Assembly (NCBI GenBank): GCA_963667015.2
Contig: CAXXJJ010000004.1
Location: 3,168,001-3,232,000, forward strand
Direction of reading: 5' to 3'
DNA from: Desulfatiglandales bacterium
Lineage (GTDB): Bacteria > Desulfobacterota > DSM-4660 > Desulfatiglandales > HGW-15
DNA length: 64,000 nt
A program made the translations under genes and the position numbers. Below, piece by piece: positions 11,490-20,578 of the stretch. The notes beneath the pieces were generated by a model. It was not told where the DNA came from. It saw nothing but the letters and a program-made list of their open reading frames with translations, and made no database searches. Position 1 is the first letter of the stretch; each line of letters opens with the position of its first letter.

Positions 11490-11948
11490 ATGATTAGAGA
11501 AGAGGGAACAGTAGAAGAAATACGCAGAAATACTGCAGTAATAAAGGTAGAAAAGAGTTCATCATGTAAACACTGTGCGGATAAGGATTCCTGCAGCGTT
11601 GCAGACAGAAATATGCTTATTGAGGTTAAAAATATCCTTAATGCGAAAGAAGGAGACAGGGTTGAAGTGAGTGTACCGGAAGGAACCTTTGTAAAGCTGT
11701 CCCTTATGGTTTATATCTTCCCTATAATATGCCTCATGGCAGGGGCCTTTCTGGGTAATTTTCTTTCAATGGGGTTAAATACAGATCCGTCTGCAACCGC
11801 AGCAATTACTGCTGCCATTTTTCTGGCTGCTTCATTTATATTATTAAAGCTGGTTGAAAAGAAAAAGGGTACCGGAGAGAAATATTCCCCCCGGATGACC
11901 AGAATAATTATTAGTTGGAAGAACCTTCAATCCGACGATAGCAGATAA
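11490..11948 (+). CDS. rseC: RseC/MucC family protein
   Basis: EEGTV, SSCKHC....SC, NAKEGDRVEV, YIFP and two TM helices; adjacent to rnf. Confidence 0.88.
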   Translation: MIREEGTVEEIRRNTAVIKVEKSSSCKHCADKDSCSVADRNMLIEVKNILNAKEGDRVEVSVPEGTFVKLSLMVYIFPIICLMAGAFLGNFLSMGLNTDPSATAAITAAIFLAASFILLKLVEKKKGTGEKYSPRMTRIIISWKNLQSDDSR

Positions 11949-13986
11949 GGCCGCACTGTAAACACCTTCCGGCTTCGGTACGTGCCTGGGACTCTGAATA
12001 ACCTTTTGCAATCTCCATATCAGGATTATTAACCGCATCTTCCTTTGAGATCTCAGGCATTCTTACCCTTGGAAATTTTTTAACAAGATCAAGTTGAAGG
12101 TGATCAAGGCTTAAAACCTTTGAATCGCTTTTAATCATGTTAAATGGTGCAAGTACAGGCACATCAGCCAGATACTGCTGAATAGAGCTTGCAGCTCTTC
12201 TTCCTGCACCGATTGCCTCAATAACCGCCTTATAATCTCCTGCTTCCTCTCCGGGTCTGAAGATACCGACATCCTGTTTTGAAAAGGGGCTGGCATAGGG
12301 AGTAAATGTCTCCCATATGACAGGAGAATCAGAATCTTCTTCCTGCAGATTATCCTTTTTGTCCGGCACATAAATCAGTTCGGGAAATCTTCCTGCCCCA
12401 GCAAGTAACAGATCCGCGGATAAGATCTTTCTTTTCTTATTTTCTGTTCCATCATCGGAAAGAGAGGCAATCTCTATGTTGCCCAGGTTGTCTCCTTCTC
12501 CCATCATTTTTGTAACTGCACTGCTGAAATAGAAGCTGACACCCTGTTTTTCCGCACTGATAATGTCATCAGCCGAAATCAGCGAATTTTTTCTCTGTTT
12601 TCTTGTGATAACACTCACAGTTTCTGCGCCGGATTCAATCGCTTTTTGCGCAGCCTCAAGAGAAGCCTTTCCGCCTTCAAGAATAACAACATTTTTTGAA
12701 GAAGGAATTTCTTTTCCCTGCCTGAGGTTGAGTATGTAATCGACAAGAAGATAAATGCCGGGAAGTGTCTTTACCGGTCCGTCATTATTTTCTCTTTGAG
12801 ACATCAGGGTGTCCCAGCCGCCAATAGCTGCAAACACTGCAGAATAACCTTCATTGAGTAATGATTCCAGGCTGAAATCACGGCCCAGCCTTTTTTCAGT
12901 AAATGCCGTTACTCCTGCGTCCAGGATTCCATCAATCTCCCAGTTTAGGACATCAACCGGAAGCCTGTTTTGAGGCAGACCGACCCTGAGCAAACCACCG
13001 AGCTTCTTATTCCCTTCATACACTGTTGTATCATGGCCAAGCCTGTTTAACAGGTATGCAGCTGTAAGTCCTTCGGCCCCGCCGCCTATGACCGCCACGC
13101 GCCTTCCTGTTTCCGGGGCTCTCTGATTATGAACACGCTGACCGGAGGTCATTTCATAGTCAGCAACAAATCTCTTGAGATTATTAATTGCAACCGGTTC
13201 ATCAACAAGATTACGCCTGCATTCGAGTTCACAGGGGTGAACGCAGATTCTTCCGCAAACAAGGGGGAACGGATTTGTTTCTTTGATTATCCTTACCGCC
13301 CTGGCATAATTACCTTTTGAAATCTGATAGATATAAGCAGGTATATCTATGCCGGTGGGACATTCTCTCTGGCATGGCGCGGAACATTCATCAGTTTTAT
13401 ATTCATGCGTTATACGTCTTGAGTTTGAAGAAAGGGTAATGATATGTTTTGGGCATACACGTTCACAGGTACCACACCCGGTACAAAGATCGGGATCTAC
13501 TACCGGCAGGTTATCCTCACCCATTTTAAGTGCGCCAAAGGGGCAGGCGCTGACGCATGTTCCAAGCCCAAGGCACCCGACCGGACACAGTTTACTTCCG
13601 CCGCTTAGAAGCGCCGCAGCCCTGCAGTCATTAATGCCTTCATATGAATATTTAAGATCCGTATCATTAATTCCATAAGTACACCCCGGAAGAGCAATAT
13701 CAGGCTCTTTAGCCTCCAGTGACACACCCATAATTCCGGAAATCTCAACAGCGATCTCGGGACCGCCTGCTACACAGGATGAGGGAGATGCCTTGCCGGC
13801 TACAATAGCCTCGGCGTTTGCGCTGCAACCAGGGTAGCCACACCCTCCACAGTTTGCACCGGGCAGTGCCTCGTTAATTGCTTCAACACGGGGATCCACC
13901 CATACATAGAATATTTTGGATGCTATTGCCAGCCCGATACCAACAACCAAACCAAGGCCACCCATAAGATAAACTGCGATCAGCAT
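11911..13986 (-). CDS. rnfB: RnfB fused to a GltD-like FAD/Fe-S oxidoreductase module
   Basis: N-terminal TM, LPGANCGGCGYPGC, ferredoxin motifs; then APCQRECP, NPFP..CGRIC..PCE, VAVIGGG, EAGRCLQCG. Confidence 0.9.
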   Translation of the reverse strand: MLIAVYLMGGLGLVVGIGLAIASKIFYVWVDPRVEAINEALPGANCGGCGYPGCSANAEAIVAGKASPSSCVAGGPEIAVEISGIMGVSLEAKEPDIALPGCTYGINDTDLKYSYEGINDCRAAALLSGGSKLCPVGCLGLGTCVSACPFGALKMGEDNLPVVDPDLCTGCGTCERVCPKHIITLSSNSRRITHEYKTDECSAPCQRECPTGIDIPAYIYQISKGNYARAVRIIKETNPFPLVCGRICVHPCELECRRNLVDEPVAINNLKRFVADYEMTSGQRVHNQRAPETGRRVAVIGGGAEGLTAAYLLNRLGHDTTVYEGNKKLGGLLRVGLPQNRLPVDVLNWEIDGILDAGVTAFTEKRLGRDFSLESLLNEGYSAVFAAIGGWDTLMSQRENNDGPVKTLPGIYLLVDYILNLRQGKEIPSSKNVVILEGGKASLEAAQKAIESGAETVSVITRKQRKNSLISADDIISAEKQGVSFYFSSAVTKMMGEGDNLGNIEIASLSDDGTENKKRKILSADLLLAGAGRFPELIYVPDKKDNLQEEDSDSPVIWETFTPYASPFSKQDVGIFRPGEEAGDYKAVIEAIGAGRRAASSIQQYLADVPVLAPFNMIKSDSKVLSLDHLQLDLVKKFPRVRMPEISKEDAVNNPDMEIAKGYSESQARTEAGRCLQCGLICYRRIEGSSN

Positions 13987-14057
13987 CTATTCCCCCTTAT
14001 AAAAATATAAACCCGTTTTATAAATAAAACGGATTTTATAGATATATCATTTTCTAT

Positions 14058-14093
14058 AAAAAAAAGTCCCGGCAGGTACAGAAGCCAGGACTT
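14058..14093 (-). terminator. Intrinsic terminator-like hairpin between rnfA and rnfB
   Basis: Minus strand AAGTCCTGGC-10 nt loop-GCCGGGACTT followed by a T-run. Confidence 0.65.
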
Positions 14094-14108
14094 CAAAACA
14101 TTATTCTA

Positions 14109-14684
14109 TTATGCCATACCCCTGAACGCATAAAAGGCAAGGGCCAGCATTCCGGCACCAACAAGACCAATCGCAGTATCCTGCATAGGTTTTGGAACTC
14201 TTGCAAGAAGTATACGTTCCCTGATTCCGGCAAAAAGTATCAATGCTAATCCAAAACCAACAGCATATGCAAAAGAATAGGTCAGAGCCTTAAGAAAACT
14301 GATTTCTTCCTTAACATTTAAAATACATACACCCATTACCGCACAGTTAGTTGTAATAAGAGGAAGGAAGATACCAAGACCGGCATAAAGACCGGGGATT
14401 GATTTTTTAAGGAACATTTCTACAAATGAAACCAGTGATGCAATGACCAATATAAATGAAAGTATTTTAAGGTAATCAAGACCAAGGGGTCTAAGTGCAA
14501 AATGATCAACACACCAGGTCACAGCCCCTGCCATGACAAGTACAAAAATAACAGCCATTGCCATTCCTGTAGCAGTCTCCATCTTTTTAGAAACTCCAAG
14601 GAACGGACAATTCCCCTGATATTGAGCAAGAAGAATATTGTTAACAAATATACAGCTTACAGCTATTAATATAAATTCACCCAT
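14109..14684 (-). CDS. rnfA: Rnf subunit A
   Basis: VNN..L....G.CPFLGVS, LGIFLPLITTNCAVMG. Confidence 0.95.
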   Translation of the reverse strand: MGEFILIAVSCIFVNNILLAQYQGNCPFLGVSKKMETATGMAMAVIFVLVMAGAVTWCVDHFALRPLGLDYLKILSFILVIASLVSFVEMFLKKSIPGLYAGLGIFLPLITTNCAVMGVCILNVKEEISFLKALTYSFAYAVGFGLALILFAGIRERILLARVPKPMQDTAIGLVGAGMLALAFYAFRGMA

Positions 14685-14707
14685 TTAGTATCTCCTGATC
14701 AGTAATG

Positions 14708-15322
14708 CTATTTTTTGCCCAGCATATTCATTACACAAAGCATGAGCCCAAGACATACAAAGGCTCCGGGTGCCTCCACTAAAAAATGAAAGGGCTGATA
14801 CGAAGCACTCATAATCTCAAAAGTTCCCTTGTCCATAAATGGAACGGTTAGTGTACCTTTCCCGAATAATTCTCTAAAGGCCCCTAAGACGCCTAAAGAA
14901 AGAGTAAAGCCCAATCCCATCCCCAGGCCATCTGCCAGGGAAGGTATAACACTGTTTTTAGCAGCAAAGGCCTCTGCCCGGCCGAGAACAATACAGTTAA
15001 CAACTATCAGAGGTAAAAATATACCAAGGGATTTGTAAAGGGGATAATTATAGGCCTGCATGAGCAGCTGAACAATCGTAACGAATGTTGCAATAACAAT
15101 AATAAAACATGAAAGCCTTACCTGCTTGGGAATGACATTTTTTAGGAGAGAAATAACCCCATTGGAACAAAACAGAACAAACGTGGTGGCTATTCCCATA
15201 CCTATTCCATCTCCCATACTCATGGTCACCGCAAGGGTTGGACACAGCCCCAGCACAAGCCGGAAAGGCGGTATTTCTGCCCACAACCCTTTTACAAATT
15301 CCTGTCCAACACTCTTTGCCAT
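14708..15322 (-). CDS. rnfE: Rnf subunit E
   Basis: LGLCPTLAVT, LGIFLPLIVVNCIVLGRAEAFA. Confidence 0.95.
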   Translation of the reverse strand: MAKSVGQEFVKGLWAEIPPFRLVLGLCPTLAVTMSMGDGIGMGIATTFVLFCSNGVISLLKNVIPKQVRLSCFIIVIATFVTIVQLLMQAYNYPLYKSLGIFLPLIVVNCIVLGRAEAFAAKNSVIPSLADGLGMGLGFTLSLGVLGAFRELFGKGTLTVPFMDKGTFEIMSASYQPFHFLVEAPGAFVCLGLMLCVMNMLGKK

Positions 15323-15349
15323 ATATAATATCTCCCTTTTTATAGAGGC

Positions 15350-15928
15350 TTACATCTTTTTACGGATCTCATCCTTAAGTCTTTTATACTTATCAACAGC
15401 GTCTGCGACAGCCGCACACACACCCTTTGATGTGAATGTGGCGCCGCTCAAGGCATCAACATCTCCGCCGTCTGTCTTTACCTTAAAACCGGTATCAACA
15501 GACATCCCTTTAAACTGATTAATAAAATTAGTATCTGTTTCTGCCCTTGATCCAATCCCCTGGGTCTCTGTGTGAGTGGTAATCCCCATTCCGACAAGTT
15601 CATCAGTATCAAGATTAAATCCAACCATAACACCTACTTTGCCGTCATAACCCATCCCTGAAGACTCAAAAGCGGCCATATTCCTTTTGCCGTCAAACTC
15701 GGCTACAAAAACATCTATCTCATTTTTACCATCCTGGATTTTAAACTTGTCTTCCTTAGGAACGTTTTCGCTGCCCTTAAATAATTTATCAAGTGCTGGC
15801 CCTGTTACCCAATATATTACCTGTTTCTCTATCGGTTCTAGAGTAACATCTCTTACTTTGGCAAGTACTCCACCAGCAACTGCAGCAAAAAGAGCAACAA
15901 CAATGAAAAGTTTTATAATATCACGCAT
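15350..15928 (-). CDS. rnfG: Rnf subunit G
   Basis: N-terminal TM, ETQGIG, FMN-attachment motif DALSGAT; ATG 15928 overlaps the rnfD end. Confidence 0.93.
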   Translation of the reverse strand: MRDIIKLFIVVALFAAVAGGVLAKVRDVTLEPIEKQVIYWVTGPALDKLFKGSENVPKEDKFKIQDGKNEIDVFVAEFDGKRNMAAFESSGMGYDGKVGVMVGFNLDTDELVGMGITTHTETQGIGSRAETDTNFINQFKGMSVDTGFKVKTDGGDVDALSGATFTSKGVCAAVADAVDKYKRLKDEIRKKM

Positions 15929-16889
15929 AATCAGCTCCCTTTCCCAACGCCCTTGGCCTGATCTTATCCAGAAGAGGATTGGCGACATTCAACAGAACGA
16001 TGGCGAAAATTGTGCCATCAATATAAACCCCTATATTTCTGATCAGGACAGTCATTATTCCTGCAGTCAGCCCATATAAAATCATAGGGATAAAATTTAC
16101 CGGTGAGGAGGAATCTTCCGTTAAAAGGAAGAAAGCAGCTAGTAATGTATACCCGGTCAATATGTGAAACAGCGGACCCGCATATTTTGAAGGATCAACC
16201 TGATTAAAAATCAGTGCTGTAATGAATATGCCTGCCAGAAATGATATTGGGATCTCCCACCTTATATAACCCCGAACTATCATATACAAACCGCCTATAA
16301 CAAGTCCGAGGCCGAATGTAGCTCCTATACCGCCTGCCTGCATCCCCATAAAAAGATCTTCAAGTGGATAGGCTCCTGCCTGGAATACGCCAAGCTGTTT
16401 AAGAGCGCCCAGAGGATACCTTGCCAAAAAGGTAAAATCATAGTTTACAAGGGCTTCGTCAAAATCAACAATACCGTTCCATGAAAGCATTAAAATGGCG
16501 ACGGCTAAAACAGCAGGGTTAAGAGGATTGCAGCCTATTCCCCCAAATATTTGCTTTCCTACTACAACGGCAATGAATGTTCCTGTGACAATTGCCCACC
16601 AGGGGGTTGTTGCCGGCATCATCATGGCAAACATCAGGCCTATGACCGCTGCATTTCCATCACCAATACTTACCGGTCTTTTCATGGCCTTATTCATTGC
16701 CAGTTCCCAGATCATTGCCCAGGCGATAGAAAACAACAGGACCGCTAAAGCTGGTGCACCAAACCGGTATACACCCATAGCCACAGCTGGGATAGCAGCT
16801 AATATGATGTTATAGCTCTTGCCCTTGATACTTGTTCCGTTGTGGCAGAACGGAGCGTGGGAGCTTACAAACAGTTTCTGATTAAGCAT
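15921..16889 (-). CDS. rnfD: Rnf subunit D (divergent)
   Basis: KQIFGGIG.NPLNPA, polytopic membrane protein, PLLD; position between rnfC and rnfG. Confidence 0.92.
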   Translation of the reverse strand: MLNQKLFVSSHAPFCHNGTSIKGKSYNIILAAIPAVAMGVYRFGAPALAVLLFSIAWAMIWELAMNKAMKRPVSIGDGNAAVIGLMFAMMMPATTPWWAIVTGTFIAVVVGKQIFGGIGCNPLNPAVLAVAILMLSWNGIVDFDEALVNYDFTFLARYPLGALKQLGVFQAGAYPLEDLFMGMQAGGIGATFGLGLVIGGLYMIVRGYIRWEIPISFLAGIFITALIFNQVDPSKYAGPLFHILTGYTLLAAFFLLTEDSSSPVNFIPMILYGLTAGIMTVLIRNIGVYIDGTIFAIVLLNVANPLLDKIRPRALGKGADYA

Positions 16890-18165
16890 TAGATTCCTCC
16901 ATACTTCTCAGCTTGAGGTATTCATTTTTACCGAGCATAATATAATGGAAAACAGGGATTCGAGCCACACAGACATAGGAGCAAAGACCGCATTCTATAC
17001 ATGACAGCATGTCATACTCACTGGCAGCTTCTTCATAAAGACCGTTTTCCAGCAATCTTACAAGCATATTTACAGGTATATTTGCCGGACATGCGCGCAC
17101 GCACTCACCGCAATTGATACATGGGTTGTCCTGGCATGATGTAATTTGTTCTGAAGCCTGAACAAGAATTGCATCCGTATCCCATAATACCGGGGAATTA
17201 ATCGAATAAATACTCTTGCCCCTTAACGGTCCACCGATAACGATCCTGTCTCCATGGGCAGTATCTATATTAAGGTAACTCAGAACATCCTTCACAGGTG
17301 TTCCGATCCTAACCTTTAGATTTTTTACAGCACCTGTTTTATCTATTACAGTAATCACCTTATTAACCGGGGCTTCGCCTTTCTTGAATGCTCTGCTTAA
17401 TGCGGCAACAGCCTCTACCTTGATAAAACCGACACCGGTATCTTCACTCTTTTTGCCTGCCGGTACAACCCGTTTTAATTTTTCCTTCATTACCATTTCC
17501 GGCAATGAATCCGGATAGACAGGCTTGACCTCAATGACTTTTGCATCCGAGTCTTTAACCTTGGATACAGAACCTGGAAAAGCGGTAATATAAACTTTTT
17601 TTACCTTAAGCAGTTCCTTTAATATATTTATGCCTTCAAGAACATCATTTGTCTGCTCTTCAATAACAGCCTGACTGGTCGATACGAGCAGGTCATCATC
17701 AGCACCTTCAATAACGATGGTATCAAAGGGATATTTTCTTTTTATAAATGATTTAAAATCAGGACAACCGGGGAGTGCAGCAAGAAAATTGACGGCATTC
17801 TCAATAGATGCGGATCCGCTTACAGATTTAATCTCCTCATCTTCCTGATCTTCGGGATCGGTTTTAATGGAGATGGCGGTATATTTTAAACCAAAATAGC
17901 CGATATACTCATCAAGGGCAGATACCGATCCGGTAACCGAGGATAAAAAGTACGAGTCTTCGTTATCAATAACCACTTTCTGACCTGTCTTGACACTGTC
18001 TCCAACTTTTAAGAATTCTCCAATAGCCGGTGAATAGGGCTTATTTAAATAAACCGTCACCACTTCCGGTAATGGGACACCTTTTTCAAAGCCCGGATTT
18101 AGATCCTGGATCATCGGGCATTCCAGTTTGGGAGTCCCAATACTGAAAAACGGTTTTTTAATCAT
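16882..18165 (-). CDS. rnfC: Rnf subunit C (divergent)
   Basis: KVGD.VK.GQ, SSVTG.V, SLBB region VRIGTP and GGPLRG, CINCGECVRACP, CIECGLCSYVC. Confidence 0.88.
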   Translation of the reverse strand: MIKKPFFSIGTPKLECPMIQDLNPGFEKGVPLPEVVTVYLNKPYSPAIGEFLKVGDSVKTGQKVVIDNEDSYFLSSVTGSVSALDEYIGYFGLKYTAISIKTDPEDQEDEEIKSVSGSASIENAVNFLAALPGCPDFKSFIKRKYPFDTIVIEGADDDLLVSTSQAVIEEQTNDVLEGINILKELLKVKKVYITAFPGSVSKVKDSDAKVIEVKPVYPDSLPEMVMKEKLKRVVPAGKKSEDTGVGFIKVEAVAALSRAFKKGEAPVNKVITVIDKTGAVKNLKVRIGTPVKDVLSYLNIDTAHGDRIVIGGPLRGKSIYSINSPVLWDTDAILVQASEQITSCQDNPCINCGECVRACPANIPVNMLVRLLENGLYEEAASEYDMLSCIECGLCSYVCVARIPVFHYIMLGKNEYLKLRSMEESNA

Positions 18166-18227
18166 AATTGCCTCCTGCCGTGTAAAAAGAACTTGTTATA
18201 TCTGAACTTTCGGAGCACCTGAAAAAA

Positions 18228-18698
18228 TTAAATAGCATTAGCATGACAGCCCGCACATTCCTCGGAACCGAAACCGGGACCATGACCGGCGTCATCATGA
18301 CAACCTATGCATCGAGTATGAAAGGCATCCGATCGTTTGGGCTGTATTGAATCATCGTCTTCGGCTTTTACAGCTTCATGACACTCACTGCAGACAATAG
18401 GTTTTTCACCTGTAGAATTATCTTTTCGAATATATAAAAACTTTCCGTCTTCTGCCTTAACATATTGATGATGGCAGTCTATACAGTCAAGACCATAATT
18501 TTCCTTTGTTTTATGATCTTTATGCTCTTTGTGGGTAAATAATACCTTTCCTCCCGCTGCCCCTGGGCCAGCATTAAGCATTATCCTGACTGGCTCCTCA
18601 GGCGTCTTATCAGGAAACGCAGCATAACAAACTACCCCAACAATAAAAAGTGCCGCAACAGCGCAATAAGCGATGAATTTTTCTTTATTTAGATCCAT
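18228..18698 (-). CDS. Membrane-anchored tetraheme cytochrome c3-type protein
   Basis: Four CxxCH (CIDCHH, CSECH, CIGCH, CAGCH), F.H..H, DAFH, N-terminal hydrophobic segment. Confidence 0.9.
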   Translation of the reverse strand: MDLNKEKFIAYCAVAALFIVGVVCYAAFPDKTPEEPVRIMLNAGPGAAGGKVLFTHKEHKDHKTKENYGLDCIDCHHQYVKAEDGKFLYIRKDNSTGEKPIVCSECHEAVKAEDDDSIQPKRSDAFHTRCIGCHDDAGHGPGFGSEECAGCHANAI

Positions 18699-19087
18699 TG
18701 TGTTTCCTTTAGTGTTTCAAAATAAATTTATCCGTTCCCTGACATTTAATACAAAAATCTTCCCTAAAAAAAAGCCCATTAGGGAAAATATAAATTATAT
18801 TTTCAATATGTTGGACTGAATGAAAAAGTTTTCCCAATAATATAGCACGTATCGATTTTTATAAAAAAGGCCGTTTGTTTGTCAAGTAATATATAGTTTA
18901 TCTTGAATATACTTAATCACATTTATTATTTTATCCGACCCGCGTTTTTTCCAGGCAGGAAATTTGGTAATCACAGGATCAAAAGGAGTAGTTCTATTTT
19001 TTGATAAACGTTTACAGTTTATCTCAAAAACTGGACATTTTATTTAAAACATTGTTATATGATGAAAAACTCCCGGCAGGTCTTAGT

Positions 19088-19825
19088 ATGCAAGAAAAAG
19101 AAATCGCCTTTGAAAGACTTGAAACAATACTTATTGATGCTGGCAACACTCTGATATCAATGAATTTATCGTGGTTTTGCGATGAATTGAGACGCTTCGA
19201 TATTGATTGCACCGAAGATGAACTGCACCGGGCAGAGGCCTCCGCTAGACCGATTGTATCGGCGGAGGTTTCAAGGCTGAAATCTACCGAAAACAAAGAC
19301 ACATCGATCCTTTATATAAAAAGTATCCTGGATAACCTGCAGGCTGCCGATTCAGCCTCCGATTCTAAAAAAACCAAAATAGTGGAATATATGCTCGAAA
19401 CAGTTTCAGAAAGCGGTCAGAGCCAGAAATTGTGGAACAATATTCTTCCCGGAGTGCCTGAAGCCCTTGAAACACTTAAAAAAAATAATTTTCAGCTTGC
19501 AGTGGTAAGCAACTCCAACGGTTCAGTCGAAAATATCCTTAACAGCCTTAACCTGGGACACTATTTTGATCATATTTTTGATTCTCATATTGTGGGCATT
19601 GAAAAACCTGATCCCGGGTTTTTCAGGTATGCCCTTGATATGTTGAATGCTGAACCTGAGACAACTCTTCATATAGGAGACATGTATCATGTAGATGTTC
19701 TCGGTGCATGGAGGGCAGGTATAGGTGCTGTGCTTCTTGATCCCTTTGATGACTGGCGGGATTATGACTGCATTCGCTTTCCGGACCTTATATCGGTCAC
19801 CAGAAAAATAACGGGTATTAATTAA
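19088..19825 (+). CDS. HAD-superfamily hydrolase
   Basis: IDAGNTL, VVSN, EKPDP, HIGD....D; start uncertain. Confidence 0.85.
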   Translation: MQEKEIAFERLETILIDAGNTLISMNLSWFCDELRRFDIDCTEDELHRAEASARPIVSAEVSRLKSTENKDTSILYIKSILDNLQAADSASDSKKTKIVEYMLETVSESGQSQKLWNNILPGVPEALETLKKNNFQLAVVSNSNGSVENILNSLNLGHYFDHIFDSHIVGIEKPDPGFFRYALDMLNAEPETTLHIGDMYHVDVLGAWRAGIGAVLLDPFDDWRDYDCIRFPDLISVTRKITGIN

Positions 19826-19854
19826 AATTTTAAAAATTCAGGAAAGGGGAAATA

Positions 19855-20274
19855 ATGGGTACAATCTCTGATATCAAGGAAGTCTCGGATCTGCTTAATA
19901 GCTGGACTACCGATAATAACGGTATTAAAGGCGCTTTTACTGAGATAGTCAGTCTTCTGGAATCCCTTGAAGGCCTTGCTTATTCCTTTAAATCCCGCCC
20001 GGGAATAAGTCATTCTCTGCGGGCAAATGTTGATGACAATGGCGAAGAAAAAATACTGACTATGCTGGATGTAATTGATGATGATCCGGAAAATCGATGG
20101 ATTTCCATATGTTTTTATGCCGAGACAATAACTGATCCCGATGAAGAAGGGGATCTTATCCCCGGAGGCCTGCTTGGAGAGGACGGTTACTGCTTTGATC
20201 TTTTTGAGAATGATAAAGATTCTGTCTCCTATTTAAAAGACAGAATCACCGAGGCCCATGGAAAATATTTTTAA
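19855..20274 (+). CDS. Hypothetical acidic protein
   Basis: Clean ORF with RBS in an apparent operon; ends GGLLGEDGYCFD. Confidence 0.75.
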   Translation: MGTISDIKEVSDLLNSWTTDNNGIKGAFTEIVSLLESLEGLAYSFKSRPGISHSLRANVDDNGEEKILTMLDVIDDDPENRWISICFYAETITDPDEEGDLIPGGLLGEDGYCFDLFENDKDSVSYLKDRITEAHGKYF

Positions 20275-20578
20275 ACATATTCCACCAGACCTGCCTGATG
20301 AACTGATGGAGAAGATTGCAGGGGATGCGGAGAAGGGAATAAAGATCGAAAGAATCGTATCACGCGGACATGCATCCCCTCCCGGTTTCTGGTATGACCA
20401 GGAAAAAAATGAGTTTGTCATCGTCCTGAAGGGAAAGGCAGGCCTCATCTTTAAGGACAGGAATAAGATATTTGAACTTTCACCGGGTGATTACCTTGAA
20501 ATCCCTGCGCATACCCTCCACAGGGTGGAATGGACGTCAGACGAAGAAGACACCGTCTGGCTTGCAGTTCATTACTGA
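20258..20578 (+). CDS. Cupin-domain protein
   Basis: IERIVSRGHASP.GFWYDQ..NEFV, IPAH..HRVEWT. Confidence 0.9.
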   Translation: MENIFKHIPPDLPDELMEKIAGDAEKGIKIERIVSRGHASPPGFWYDQEKNEFVIVLKGKAGLIFKDRNKIFELSPGDYLEIPAHTLHRVEWTSDEEDTVWLAVHY

